From assembly GCA_964016885.1 (NCBI GenBank), contig OZ024742.1, forward strand, positions 92,442,001 through 92,506,000: a DNA stretch of 64,000 bases. The letters are read 5' to 3'. Below the pieces are notes generated by a model that did no database searches, was not told the origin of the DNA, and saw only the letters and a program-made list of their open reading frames with translations. Positions 13,698-26,694 of the stretch are shown here, one piece after another; the first letter of the stretch is position 1, and every line of letters starts with the position of its first letter. A program made the translations under genes and the position numbers. This stretch comes from Eledone cirrhosa (taxonomy: Eukaryota).

Positions 13698-16146
13698 TTA
13701 TTTGCCACAAGGGCGCACAAGAAAAGGGGACAATACAAAGATACATGCCGAGGATTTTACATACAATCATGTAAAAAAATATTATAAAAACAAGCAAATT
13801 ATAAATCGAAATCCCCAATAGGGGGGGGGGTTACAAATGGGTTGTTTAATACCCCAGTCGATAGAACAACCCTCAACTCCAGGAGCGTGTTGTGCAAGTG
13901 CTCCCTTCTTCCTTTTGCTCTCATCTTCAACCTACAGGTTTATATACAGAGAAGGCCCAATCACTAGGGCCATTTTTGCTACATTCACCCACCTTTACTG
14001 GGCTACAGTGCATCCTTCTCCACTCTGATTCTCCTTCTAAAGTGGTACCTAAAGAAGGGAATGAGTTGTTGTCCGGAGAGAAAGGTATCTGTCCTCAGTC
14101 CTCTCAATATCGTCCACCATATAACCTCTTTCACCATAGCCACCGTACAGAGGAAAACCGCCTCGCTTTCGTTTTTGAAAGAAGTTGGCGGTTTGATCCT
14201 TACTATGGACTCGGCAGTCAACTGCATTTGTCCCATACGTGACAGCAGTTGTTCTGCGTAGTTCCACAGGTCGGTTACCCCCGGGAAGTGTACAATTGCG
14301 TGCAAGACGGTTTCAATGTCCTGCTTGCATCTTGGACGCGTCTTCTTGGAAGGATCCCTGCCGGGGCGTCCGTGCCTGTAGATCTTATCTCAAACTGGTA
14401 GAGCTCCTCGGTAGCACTGCCAGGCCAGAGATCTCTGGAAGTTATCCATAGGCCATGGACGGAAAGTCCTCCCGAACAGACTGGTCAGTTGGTCCTCCTC
14501 AATGCCTAGAGTTTCCCCGAGAACGTCGTCGCACTTATCCTCCACTAATCCCCTATAGAATGTCGAAGTGGAGTCTCCGCTGATTGCCGTTTCATTGGTA
14601 GAGGGCTTTGAGCGCCTGTAGGCACCGGAGGTGCCAAGCACCCATTTTCAGTCTTCGCTTGACCCAGGACTGCAGCTCTGTTAGTGAGACGAGTTGTGGA
14701 AGAGCTTGTCTCACAAACGACAGCCACACCGGTTCACAGGTGAGGAATATCTGGAGATGGCGTTACCTCAGCGCGTGTTTGCGCATCATCAGCCACGGCA
14801 TGTCCAACCCTCCCCTAGAAGGGTGTTGACAGCAGATGGATCTCCTCACCAATGGAGCCTGTTTCTTCCAGAGGAACTTGAAGAGTAGGCGTTCCATTTT
14901 GGTGAGGTATTCGCGAGAACAAGGCACGACTGTCAAGCGGTAGTAGATGACGGATGCTATCTAAGTGTTCGCCACCTCTGGTCAACCTTTCATGGAGAGT
15001 TTGCACTCAGCCCACTTCTGGGTGAGAGCCGTGACCTCGTTCCAGTTCTTGTCCACCTGGAGGTCTGGACCAAACCAGACCCCGAGCAATTTCACCGGTC
15101 CTTCCGTCCAGCGTCCAACGACACTGTCGGAAGGCATGGTTTTGCCTCTCCATGTGCCGAGTTGCAAACCGACAGGCTTGTTTCGGTTTAGTCTCGTTCC
15201 TGTCAACGTTTCGTATTCCTGTAATAGGTTGCCGATTACCCCGATTTCCGAGGTTTTCGACACCATTACGGTTATGTCGTCGGCATAGGCCGACGCTGAT
15301 TTCCGCAGTCCTAGTTCGATCGGGATGCCCTGCAACAGCTCCAAATTCCGCAGTAACGGGTCGAGAGTCAGTACATACAGAATGGAGGCGAGCGGGCATC
15401 TCTGACGGATGGAATGCATGATTTGGAATGGCTCCGATAGGTAGCCATTCACCTTGACTGCCGAGCAGTTGTTGTTGGTGTGCATGGCAGCGATCCAGCC
15501 TCTGAAGGTGGGACCGAAGCCGGCCGCCTTGAGAACCGCTTCCAAGTATTGATGGTTGACCCTATCAAATGCCTTAGACTGATCTAAATTGATCAGAGCC
15601 CCACCGAAGCCAGGTTTACACCCTACCCTCTCTATGATGGAGGTTGTCGTGTATGGACCTGGTCGGGATTGCACTCGCTTGCGCTTCCCCTACCAAGTTC
15701 TCGACGACAAGCGCCAGCCTCGCTGCTAACACCTTGGCCAAAATCTTTAACTCTGTGTTATGGGCCTGAAATTGCTTATCTCACCCCCCTTGTTCTCATC
15801 TTTCCTGATCAGCGTTGCTACGCCTCTGCCTACAGAACTGTGAATCCTCCCGTTCCGCTGCCAGTTGCAGTAGACGGCTTCGAGGACGCCAGAGAACAAG
15901 TCTGGCATGCCTATGTAAAACTCATAGGGTAGACCATCTAAACCGGGTGATTTGCGTTTCCCGCAGCGGCCTAGGGTATCTTCTATTTCGCCCGCTGTGA
16001 TCAGCCTTTCGCAGCTCTCTGCATCCGTGCTCGAGAGTCATGGTACGCCGTCGAGGTAGGAGCTGAAGTCTATCACCTCGCTCGATGTACCGCTTTGCTC
16101 GAACAGTTGTGCAAAATGCTGCTGGAAGGCCGTGCATATCTGCTTG
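13697..16146 (-). mobile_element. Tx1/L1-clade element, 5'-truncated copy 6 (subfamily C)
   Basis: LDQSKAFDRV and SAYADDITV motifs; many indels; bounded by (GATA)n at 13628-13696 and 16147-16202. Confidence 0.9.
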
Positions 16147-16202
<56 letters not shown>

Positions 16203-16203
16203 T

Positions 16204-17090
16204 GTTTCTTTATTAGCCACAGGGGCACAAAAGAAGGGGACAAATACAAAGGGTGAAGTTTACATACAATAAAAACGTGTAAAATGTTATCACAAATGCA
16301 ATTTAAAAAATTAGTCGATTTTCCCCAATAGAGGGAGACAGTTCATATGGGTAACACATACCCCCGAAAAAATGTGCAGCCCTCATCTCCAGGAGTACGA
16401 AGAGTTTGTACTCCTTTCCTCTCTTCCTCCTTTTCCTCAACCTACAGGCTGATATAGAGAGAAGGCCCATTCACTCGGGCCATTCTCGCCACTTTCACCC
16501 ACCTTTCATAAAACTTGCTGGGGTTCAGCACCTCTCTCTCCATCCTGATACTTCTTCCAAGTGGTATTTGAAAAAAAGAATCAGTTGTTGGCTGGAGAGA
16601 AAGGTGTCTGACCTCAGCCCTTTCAACCTTGTCCACCATACAACCTCTTTCGCCATAGCTATCACACAAAGGAAAACCGCCTCTCCTTCGTTTTTGAAGG
16701 GGGTGGTGGTTTGATCATGACAATGGACTCGGTGGTCAACCGGATTGGTCCCACCCGCGATAATAGTCGTTCTCGAACTGGTAGAGCTCCTCGGTAGCAC
16801 TGCCAGGCCAGGGACTTTTGGAAGTTCTCCATCGGTCCCGGGCGGAAGGTCCTACCGAACAGACTGGCCAGTTCATCTTCCTCTACGCCTAGAGTTTCAC
16901 CGAGCGCGTCGTCGCACTTGCTGCGGATCAACCCTCTATAGAATGACGAAGTGGAGTCTCCACTGATCGCCGGGTCCGCCTGCCAGAGGGCTGTGAGCGC
17001 CTGAGCACATTCGATGTGCCAGCCGCCCATTTTCCTCGGTCTTTGCTTGACCCGGGACTGCAGCTCGGTCAGCGAGACGAGTCGTGGGAA
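16204..17090 (-). mobile_element. Tx1-like element, copy 7 (subfamily A) with an internal deletion
   Basis: Near-identical to copy 1 but lacks about 140 bp at about 16772; 5' end joins family P3 sequence instead of GATA. Confidence 0.88.
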
Positions 17091-17232
17091 AAAATGAAAC
17101 GAACACACCGAGCATTATAATAAATGTTCGGTGAATCCATACGTACATATATATATGTGTGCATGTATGTATATATATATACATTCTACTGTACGTCTGT
17201 ATACATATATGTATGTACGTGTACATACTTAT
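17091..17232 (+). mobile_element. Family P3 fragment
   Basis: Matches 44165-44297 (ACACCGAGCATTATAATAAATGTTCGGTGAATCC...). Confidence 0.7.
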
Positions 17233-17333
17233 ATATATATATAAATAATTATATATATATATATATATATACATTATATATATATAAACAAACTTCCTTT
17301 ATATATAAACAACTTTATATATAAACAAACTTC

Positions 17334-17395
<62 letters not shown>

Positions 17396-17460
17396 GAAGT
17401 TTGTTTATATATAAAGTTGTTTATATATAAAGGAAATGTGTTTATATATAAAGGAAGTTT

Positions 17461-17542
<82 letters not shown>

Positions 17543-17569
17543 TATGTGTGTGTGTATAGGAAAATGAAA

Positions 17570-17760
17570 ATAAAACATAAATCAGAGATAGTTTGTTAAT
17601 TAGTTCATTGTTTTACGATCGTTTCAGGGGTAGATTGATCGTGGAAGATCGAATTTCGTGACTAGTCAATACATCGATCTTTCACGATCATTCGATCCTC
17701 GTAAAACAATGAACTAATTGACTACCTATCTCTGACTTATGTTTTGCTTTCATTGTTCTA
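17570..17760. mobile_element. Fold-back element carrying a half hammerhead
   Basis: Imperfect arms of about 50 bp (AAAACATAAATCAGAGATAG..TTTTACGA / TCGTAAAA..CTATCTCTGACTTATGTTTT); the minus strand reads GAAA-CGATCG-TA at the inner end of the arm. Confidence 0.6.
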
Positions 17761-17786
17761 TACATACACACACACATATATATAAA

Positions 17787-17913
17787 CTAGCTGAGGTACC
17801 CGGCTTCGCCCGGGAGAATAGTTAAGAGAAGATGGATAAAAAAGAAAATGACTGTATTGGATGTGTTGTTTGGTATGAGGTGAGACCGCAATGTGTGTTT
17901 ATGCGTGTGTGTT

Positions 17914-17962
<49 letters not shown>

Positions 17963-18015
17963 TTTTCGTGTGTTTCAACCAACCAATAAACATTTCTCTT
18001 TTATATATGTATAGA
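17787..18015 (-). mobile_element. Non-autonomous Helitron
   Basis: Minus strand starts TCTATACATATATAAAAG and ends with the CCCGGGCGAAGCCGGG hairpin followed by CTAG|T. Confidence 0.7.
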
Positions 18016-18350
18016 TGACTCTATAACCTGGGCAGATCCTTCTTCGAGGAAACCTTACGAGGTGGTCACCTACTACAAAACCTACTGGTCACACCACCTA
18101 ATCTCACTGTAACTATTGAGTTCTAACAACGTTAGCAGCTCCACCACAAACATATACACGAGGTTTACGAAACTCGTTGCTATTAATTCATCGATCTCCG
18201 GCCATGACTCAGCCACTCAATGAATCTATAAGATTGCATGTAGTGAAACTGCATCTCGTTGTTCAGAGTGCACACATATTAATTGAAAGCAAGTGCAGTG
18301 GCTGTGTTTTGGTACAGATATGTTTTATATATATATACAGAGAGAGAGCG

Positions 18351-18408
<58 letters not shown>

Positions 18409-18427
18409 TATATATATATATATATAT

Positions 18428-18568
18428 AACGAAGGAAGAGTGGTAAGGAACCAGGTGGACCATAACGCACCAGAGTACTCGATTCTTAGGGTAGTAGAGT
18501 GGGTAATAGGAAAAGAATCAGGACCCGGACGGCTGAGCTCCGGCCGTTTCGACAGCTAGATCACTTTT

Positions 18569-18570
<2 letters not shown>
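18428..18570 (+). mobile_element. Family P1 copy between (TA)n runs
   Basis: Shared sequence with the other P1 copies. Confidence 0.7.
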
Positions 18571-18627
<57 letters not shown>

Positions 18628-18639
18628 ATTTATTTATAT

Positions 18640-18697
<58 letters not shown>

Positions 18698-18976
18698 CTA
18701 GAGAGAAAAAGAGATGGTAAGAGAGAGTGGAAGATTTTTTGTAATGTAACTAACTTTCATATTTTCTTGTGGTTGATTGGATGAATGACACATCTGATGA
18801 TGGTGTAATATGATCCAAAAATCGATTAAAGATGTTTATCATTTCCTGGCCTGTTTACAGGCCTACTATTACATTTGTATATACATTTATACATGTTGGT
18901 GCAGCTGCAGTTACAGGTACTGTATTTATACATATATAACTTTGTCATACACTTCGTCAGCTTCTAGCACACTATA

Positions 18977-19172
18977 TAGTAGAGTGGGTAATAGGAAAAG
19001 AGTCAGGACCCTGACGGCTGAACTCCGGCCGTTTCGGATCTAGCTGTCGAAACGGCCGGAGCTCAGCCGTCAGGGTCCTGAATCTTTTCCTATTACCCAC
19101 TCTACTACCCTAAGTATCGAGTACTCTGGTGCGTTATGGTCCACCTGGTATCTTACCATACATTCTTTGTTA
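18977..19172 (-). mobile_element. Family P1 copy with an inverted (fold-back) 5' part
   Basis: TAGTAGAGTGGG..GGCCGTTTCG is followed by its reverse complement CGAAACGGCC..CCCACTCTACTA. Confidence 0.7.
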
Positions 19173-19295
19173 TATGTATATATATATATATAGCTAATGT
19201 CAACACAAGAGCAAGAATGTAGGGTTATTCAGCTGACATGGCTTTAAAGAGGATGTTTGCATGATTGCAAACGAATCGAATATTATTATTATTAA

Positions 19296-20062
19296 CTAGC
19301 AGAAAAACCACCGTTCGGTTAGTTTTCTGCTAGCATGTGTAGTGTGCATATTGATATTATACGCAAGTATATATACATGTAGATATGATACATCAAATAA
19401 AATCGTAATTGACAATATACACAGAAATTGGACGAAGTCTGCGTTACACTGTCTTATGTAATCAGTAAAGTAATCCATAATACATTTAAAAAAGACGATA
19501 TTATATATAAACTGTATTAGGAGAAAATTAGCGACGGAAATATATACGATGTTTTTATAAGTGTTATAATATAACCGGAAGTGTTGACATTTGAAAATGT
19601 TAAAGAAGTGAACCTTTAAATAAGCAATAAAATATATTTAATCAAGAGTGACGAAATTTAGTACATAAATTATGTAATATTCATTCATTATTGGCAGTAT
19701 CGGTAGAGGGTCGGAACGCCATGCTTTGACGCATAGAGTTACGGCCCTTGCCATTCTGAGTTCAAATTCCGCCGAGGTTAACTTTGCCTTTCATCCTTAC
19801 GGGGTCGATAAAATAAAGTACCAGTAATACACTGGGTAATTGCTGGCCTTGTGCCTAACGTAGAAACAATTATTTATTTAAAGTAATCCAACTTATTTTA
19901 CAAACGGGGTACAATTGCATTTTCGAAGAAACAGTCGATGGTGAGCATGTCGAAGGTCAGATTAATTGAAAACTCGAAAACCTTAATTATTACCAATTTT
20001 ATTTAGTGTTATTAGCGGTCAACGACCGAACAAACTTCCTCTTTTATAAGTATTATTATAGA
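19296..20062 (-). mobile_element. Probable non-autonomous Helitron with a nested SINE
   Basis: CTAG end at 19296; 20000-20062 is the reverse complement of the 5' end of the Helitron at 44335 (GGAAGTTTG..GTTGACCGCTAA..ACACTAAA). Confidence 0.5.
19691..19875 (+). mobile_element. SINE family S1
   Basis: A-box, B-box, core and tail all present. Confidence 0.82.
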
Positions 20063-20106
20063 TAAGCGGCGTCACCAAACACACACATATATACATACAT
20101 ATATAA

Positions 20107-20154
<48 letters not shown>

Positions 20155-20157
<3 letters not shown>

Positions 20158-20288
20158 AACCAGTAAGACCCCGACAGCTGAGCTCAGCTGTCGGGGTCTT
20201 ACTGGTTCCTATTACCCACTCTACTACCTCAAGTATTGAGTACTTTGGTGCGTTATGGTCCACCTGGTTCCTTACCACATTTCCTTCG

Positions 20289-20291
<3 letters not shown>
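20155..20291 (-). mobile_element. Family P1 copy ending in a perfect palindrome
   Basis: AGGAACCAGTAAGACCCCGACAGCTGAG|CTCAGCTGTCGGGGTCTTACTGGTTCCT; flanked by (TA)n. Confidence 0.72.
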
Positions 20292-20349
<58 letters not shown>

Positions 20350-20396
20350 TATACATCTACATACATATATATATATATATATATGCACACACACAG

Positions 20397-20433
<37 letters not shown>

Positions 20434-20454
20434 CATATATACATATATACATAT

Positions 20455-20485
<31 letters not shown>

Positions 20486-20497
20486 CATATATATATA

Positions 20498-20554
<57 letters not shown>

Positions 20555-20599
20555 GTATATATATATATGCATATACATCTACATATATATATACGCACA

Positions 20600-20667
<68 letters not shown>

Positions 20668-20980
20668 AATGAAAGGTATAGAAATTGTTTTAGCGAGAAG
20701 CAGTTTGTGTGTGTGTATATATATATATATACACACACACAAACATATATATATATAGCCTCCTTGAATTAAAGACCATCCGGATTGGCTCTTTATATGA
20801 AGTAAGTATACTAGTCTACGATACTTGTAAAAGATGTAATAGTTGCATGTTAGATGTATGATTTTGTCCGCCATGGGTGTGAATATGATATTTCCCGTCG
20901 AACACGGATCTGTTATTTGATAGACACCATTCCCAGATACATATCTCTGGCATCCTGTATTTCTGTGTGCGTATGTAAAT

Positions 20981-21020
<40 letters not shown>

Positions 21021-21053
21021 ACTCACTGTTTATATAGATAGATATATGTGCGT

Positions 21054-21099
<46 letters not shown>

Positions 21100-22290
21100 G
21101 GTACATACATTCATACACACACACACACATACTTATGTACACGCCCTAGCCTGATACTAAATTTATCCACTTATTTCCAATGAGTACCTCCTAACATTTT
21201 TCTCAGAAATATTTATTGACCCAAATGCATTCTTAAATTCACAGAAGCTTATTTGGGCAATTACGCGCGTGCGCGACACACTCACTCAAACTCACACACA
21301 GATACACAGATACACATTCACATACACAAACAGTCACCTACATTCACCCACAATCAATTACCCGAAAATATTTTAGGTTATATTTTAGGTGCTATTTGAA
21401 ACCATTGTTATCATTGTTGAAAATAGGTAATAAATTCCGTGTAAAATAGGTTTATCAATTAAAGTATTTAACATCCATAAAATTCTTTTAACGGTATAAA
21501 ACCTGGGAAGCAAAGATAAGTGATTTCATAGCAACAATGAAAAAAATTAATAATGGAAATGAGAGGAATGGGAAAGGAGGGCCAAACTTTAGCTCTCTTT
21601 ATAGAAGGTATATCTCAGCTGCACTCCTTGAACGAGACGGCGGGAGCATTGCCGCGGAGAACAACCAGCGAAACCTGCTGTAACAGCCATACAGCCATAG
21701 AATCTCACGGGTTGTTTTTCCACAGGCGGGATGACTCCTCTCAATTATGCGGAGAATAGCGGCTGTTCAGGAACCGAGGATACTAAAGATCTTGGCAGCA
21801 ATTGGCATGAAAAGAAAGCGGTCCGTCAAGTCCAGGTATGTGTATATCTTCTGCTCCTCTACATTATGGACAGTAGTACCCCGCTTTGTGGCCGAAACGA
21901 CAGGGTGGTAAATTATCCGACTATAAGCCGGATAATCTGGGTTTTTTTAACGCTCTGTTCTCTTTCCCGCAACATTTTGATCAAAACAATAATTTGTGTT
22001 CCTTTTTAGATTTGACTAAAGAAAAATCCTTAGATATAGAAATTATCTTCTATATACTTAAAACAATAAAATGTAATGGGTATGATCACATCAAAGTAAG
22101 ATTTTCTATTTCTCATTTTTTATTGGCTTCACAGCCATTAGATCATGGGCATGCTGGGGGACTGGTTTGAAGGAAATTTAGTCGGCCATATCGTCACCAG
22201 TAGTTATTGTTTCAAGTCTGGTACTCATTTAACAATTCTTTTTTTTTTTTTATCGAACTGTTAAGTTACGGGATATGAACGAACGATATA

Positions 22291-23146
22291 TCTATATACA
22301 TAAATGGCAATTTCTGTCTGTTTGTTTGTGGATTTGTTTGTGCGTTTGTTTGTAGACTTGTTTGTGAACCTAAAACTCAAAAACTACCAAACCGATCTTG
22401 ATAAAACTTGACACGTGTGTGGGACTCATGCCTATTTGATTTATTACGTATATTTAATTTTAATCAAAGGGTTCCCCGGGGGCTCAAACCCCCACTGAAA
22501 ACTCCCGCTGAAAATGTTTTCCCTTCGAAAACATTGTAAACGACAAAATATGATGCCTATTCACAAAATTTCAGTAAATTTCAATAATATTAAGACAACC
22601 TAATAGGGGTTAAACCCCCTATCTATCTATATGCATAAATGGCAATTTCTGTCTGTTTGTGTGTGTGTTTGTTTGGGGATTTGTTTGTGAACCTAAAACT
22701 CAAAAACTACCAAACCGATCTTGATGAAACTTGACACGTGTGTGGGGTTCATGCCCATTTGATTTCTTACGTACTTTGAAGTTAAAAAAATCGATAATTT
22801 CCCGTGTGCATCGATGTTTTTTTAAATGAATAGGAAATTTGTATGCAAATGTTTATATGAATGTTATTTTCTGCCATAACTTTTAAAGCTCTCAACTGAT
22901 TTCCTTCAAACTTGAAACACAGATAGATAATGTGCTCCACACCACTCGAGAAAAGCGTAAGCTGAATTTTTATTAACTGATGAACGAAATTTGGCTTCAG
23001 CTGTTGTGGGCTTAAAATGTTCTCCATAAATCAACTTAATATTCTCTGCTTGCTGTAACATTTATTTCTGGTCTGAGAGGCATTGGGCATGTTAATGGGA
23101 ACTGGGAATACCCCTGCTCCCGGGTATTACCGGGTACCTCAGCTAG
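22291..23146 (+). mobile_element. Non-autonomous Helitron with a duplicated 5' segment
   Basis: Starts TCTATATACATAAATGG (repeated at 22626); ends with the CCCGGGTATTACCGGG hairpin and CTAG|T. Confidence 0.72.
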
Positions 23147-23155
23147 TATATATGT

Positions 23156-23193
<38 letters not shown>

Positions 23194-23195
23194 AA

Positions 23196-23395
23196 GCATA
23201 TTGGAATACAACCATCAGAATTTGAGGAATATGCTGCTGGCCGTAATGAGTGGAGGAAAATCTGTCAATATGGCATCAGGAGCCATGTCAACACAAGGAC
23301 TGAGCACCTAGGTGATCTAAGGCAAAGTGAAATAAATGCAGTTTCTTTTCAAAGATTTGCGTGTGAAGGATGCGGTCTGGTTTGTAAAAGCTGGA
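23196..23395 (+). mobile_element. RTE-clade LINE, 3' coding remnant
   Basis: IGIQPSEFEEYAAGRNEWRKIC..FACEGCGLVCKS resembles the RTE ORF C-terminus (A.DR..WR followed by a Cys motif). Confidence 0.55.
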
Positions 23396-23922
23396 CCGAA
23401 CCCGAAACTATGTGGTTGTGAAGCGAAATTCTTAACCAGACATTGATGCCCACACCTAAGTTATATAATTTTATAACAGAAAAGTACTTTAACCATAATG
23501 GCATGTGCTAAAAAGAAACCTGCAAATCACTCTCTGCCTGCAGTGCACAATTCATGCTGTTAACATAGGTCGCTGTGGAGTGAGCTTAATGATTTTTAAT
23601 TATTTTTAAAGTTCTTTTTTTGTTTCTATTCTAAGCCTCTAAAGTAATACCGAATAGATTACATTTAACTATGAATGGGTAAAAGAATTTAGATTCATTG
23701 CTAAAACCAGAAAAGATAACTTACAAGTGTTTTGTGAACGATGTAGTTTTGATGTGAAAATTGGCAGTAAAGATGGAAATGTAGTTGAACGGCTCGTTAT
23801 AACATATAAAAATAGAATTACCATTTGTATTGCTAATACGCCGTCATTGTCATTGTTTTCCACCTTAATTCAATCAAATCAAGCCAAAGAAATTGGCTAT
23901 AGAACTCTATTAAGCGGCAAAA

Positions 23923-24565
23923 TACAAGGGTCGGCTGAAAAGTTCATAGGCTGACCAAGATACTGTCTTGGAATGACCAAATGAGATTTATGTTTCACCA
24001 TGACTTAAAAGTTCCCAACGTAATTTCATAAATTGGGAAGTACCTTCACTTACTTCAATTCACTTTTTGAATTTTATTCCATGTTATAAATTAAAATTAC
24101 AGATAATAAATCAATTCTCAATTGTATAAATAATATTACAAATATTGATGGAAATATGAAAGAAAAAGAAAAAAGAAAAAAAAACAGGATAAAAACAAAA
24201 CCAAGCAACGAGCAGAGGGGAGAAGGGGCAAAGAAGGGCAGTTTTGACAGTATAGGCCACGGAAGAAAGGAAAGAGAAGGGGAGCGACGGTGATGGGCTC
24301 TATGCCTGGGGCGGGTGGTGTTTGGGCTGCGCCCCGTTGACAAAACTGTGATAACATTTCCAACAATGGTCAGCAACACTCGCTGCAACAGCCACCTCAC
24401 CTCGCGGGGCTCCTTCCTCATGTGGGCTGCTGACGATCCGATAGTCCCTGGAAAGAAACAATGCAGTTATTAATAAGAAGAGGTGAAATTAATGCTTGCA
24501 AGATTCCACAGCTTTACCATCACTCCGTCATAGTCAGCCTGTAAACTTTTCAACCGACCTTCGTA
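23923..24565. mobile_element. Mariner-type MITE (family M1) with an internal insertion
   Basis: TIRs TACAAGGGTCGGCTGAAAAGTTCATAGGCTGAC / GTCAGCCTGTAAACTTTTCAACCGACCTTCGTA with TA ends; related copies at 33281, 56273-56490 and 60582. Confidence 0.75.
24075..24440 (-). mobile_element. Possible 3' end of an RLE-type (CRE-like) non-LTR element inserted in the MITE
   Basis: Minus-strand peptide REVRWLLQRVLLTIVGNVITVLST resembles the terminal 'LxQRlSxxIxRGNa' helix of RLE retroelements; absent from the other M1 copies. Confidence 0.4.
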
Positions 24566-26632
24566 TTGTCAATCAAATAGAAGTGTCGATTGTGGAGTAA
24601 AAGTTGATAAATAAACAGTGAGTCATCAATAGTAGATGTAGTAAGGGGTCACTAAAGCAAAAGCCCTCTGTAAACAAACTCTAACACAATCTTCTACACA
24701 AATGTACGTGGAGTGTATGTGAAATAGATGGTTTATCCCTTTTATTAGCAACTCATGCTTGAAGCAAAGGTACAGCAATGTATTTACTAATATATATGAG
24801 ATACTTCTGGAACAGTAACTCATCGACAGAGAAAAGTGTAGTATGTGGGGAAACTAAAACAAAAACTCTATATGAACAAACTTTAACCCCGTATTCTGCA
24901 CGTAGAGTGTATTAAAAAAAAAGTTTATCCCTTTTCAGCAGTAACCGGTGCTTCAAACTAATGTACAGCAATGTTTCCCAATACTTCTGTGATATTTCAG
25001 TCTGAGAAAAGAGTGCATCATATACTGTTTGACTTTCATCACAGGAAATAATAATTCAGCTTCTAACTAAATTAGAGACGTCAGGTCTGGAGTTGAATAA
25101 AGTTGTTGTTGACTATGGAAAGAGTAAACTATGGAAAACAAAACAGTGGCGCCAACGAGTATTATTCAAATGAAGTGTCTAGCTCATATTTTGAAAAATA
25201 CAACAGGATTTGCTACAGGAAAACAGAATTTTGATGAGAAAATTATTCTGCTTAAAGTGCACTATTCCAACATCCTATCTAAAAAGACAGACAACGCAAT
25301 TAAACCATCAAGACCTCCATTGTCCTCGGTTTCCAAGCTGCCACCTTTCTCTGCTAAACTGGAACGATGACATCATAAATGAAGTCCCGTGAGATGGACT
25401 GGCTGATTCAGCGAGTATCATTGGTTTTTTCTCGCGGCACCTTCTCCATCTTAACAGCGGAGCGCAACTGATATATACATTCCAACCAAGTAATTGTGTA
25501 GCTGCTCCTTCCACATTTTATGAAATCTTGGATATGTATAATTCTAATCTGGTATACCATCTCTCTTTAACCATATTAACTGGCTATTTAAATGCTGCAA
25601 AGTCCTAAAAAGAGTTTATGTGAGAAGGAATTATGTTCCGGGTCAAAGTGTGAGAAGTGACTGTAGAAATATTTTAAATATTAAGGAAATGGCTGGGAAT
25701 CTTCAGAGATTTATTTCTTCCTCAGTCACACTCTTAAATTGTTCTCAGAACATTATTGAAGCAACACAAGCAAAATTTTCGTATTTAAACTAATGGCTGA
25801 ACTGAAGCAACTTACTTGTTAATTCACGAGTTGAACGTTCAGTTGATTGAACAACTAAATGCGCTCATCCTCGATTAAAACAACAAAGTATGCATCACAT
25901 TTCTTAGAGTAGTAAGCTTTCTATGCTTGATGCTCACCGTAAAACTAAATTAGGAAAGTAATATGTAAATAAATAAAAATAGATAAATGAATAAATATAG
26001 AGAACACGAAAAAGAAACCCTTCTTTCAAGGGGAACATTAAGTGGTTGAGTATTCCACAGACACAGGTACCCTAAATCTAATTATCAGGCCGAATCAGTG
26101 TGACACAATATGTGAGAAGGTTGGGCCTTTGGATTACAGGTACAATCCACCTGAAGTGCTTTCATACAGTTTCCCTCAGTTCAATTATGGTAATGGCACC
26201 TGCCCATGAAGCCACACAGTAGGATCTCACGACTTCAAAGCGAACGTCTTAACCACTCACCCATAACTACATCCATGTATTAACTACATTGTCGTATATA
26301 TACGTCCCTTTATAATTTATGATTGAAATTTGGTTTCTATTTCCAGCAGATCGAGTAACCATGTAGTGGAACCTTTGTAGGTACGATATTTCATTCATCA
26401 GATAAATCAAGGGCATAAAAATTCCTTTATCCATGAGAATGCTTCCTGTTGCTAACTGAATATACTATATACTTTTATGTGAAACCTGATATGTCGAAGC
26501 ACCAGATGAAATTCTAGCCAACTTTCTAGACTTGATATTCATCCAAACGAAATATCAGTTTTGGGGATATAACCTTTCTTTCTTACTCTCTAACTTTCTC
26601 TTTCTCATTCTCTTTATCTCTCTCTCTCTCCC

Positions 26633-26691
<59 letters not shown>

Positions 26692-26694
<3 letters not shown>

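Noticed and set aside
18790-18840. CTGATGA..TCGA hammerhead-like motif
   Set aside because: GAAA box mutated and stem I not in register; too degenerate to call
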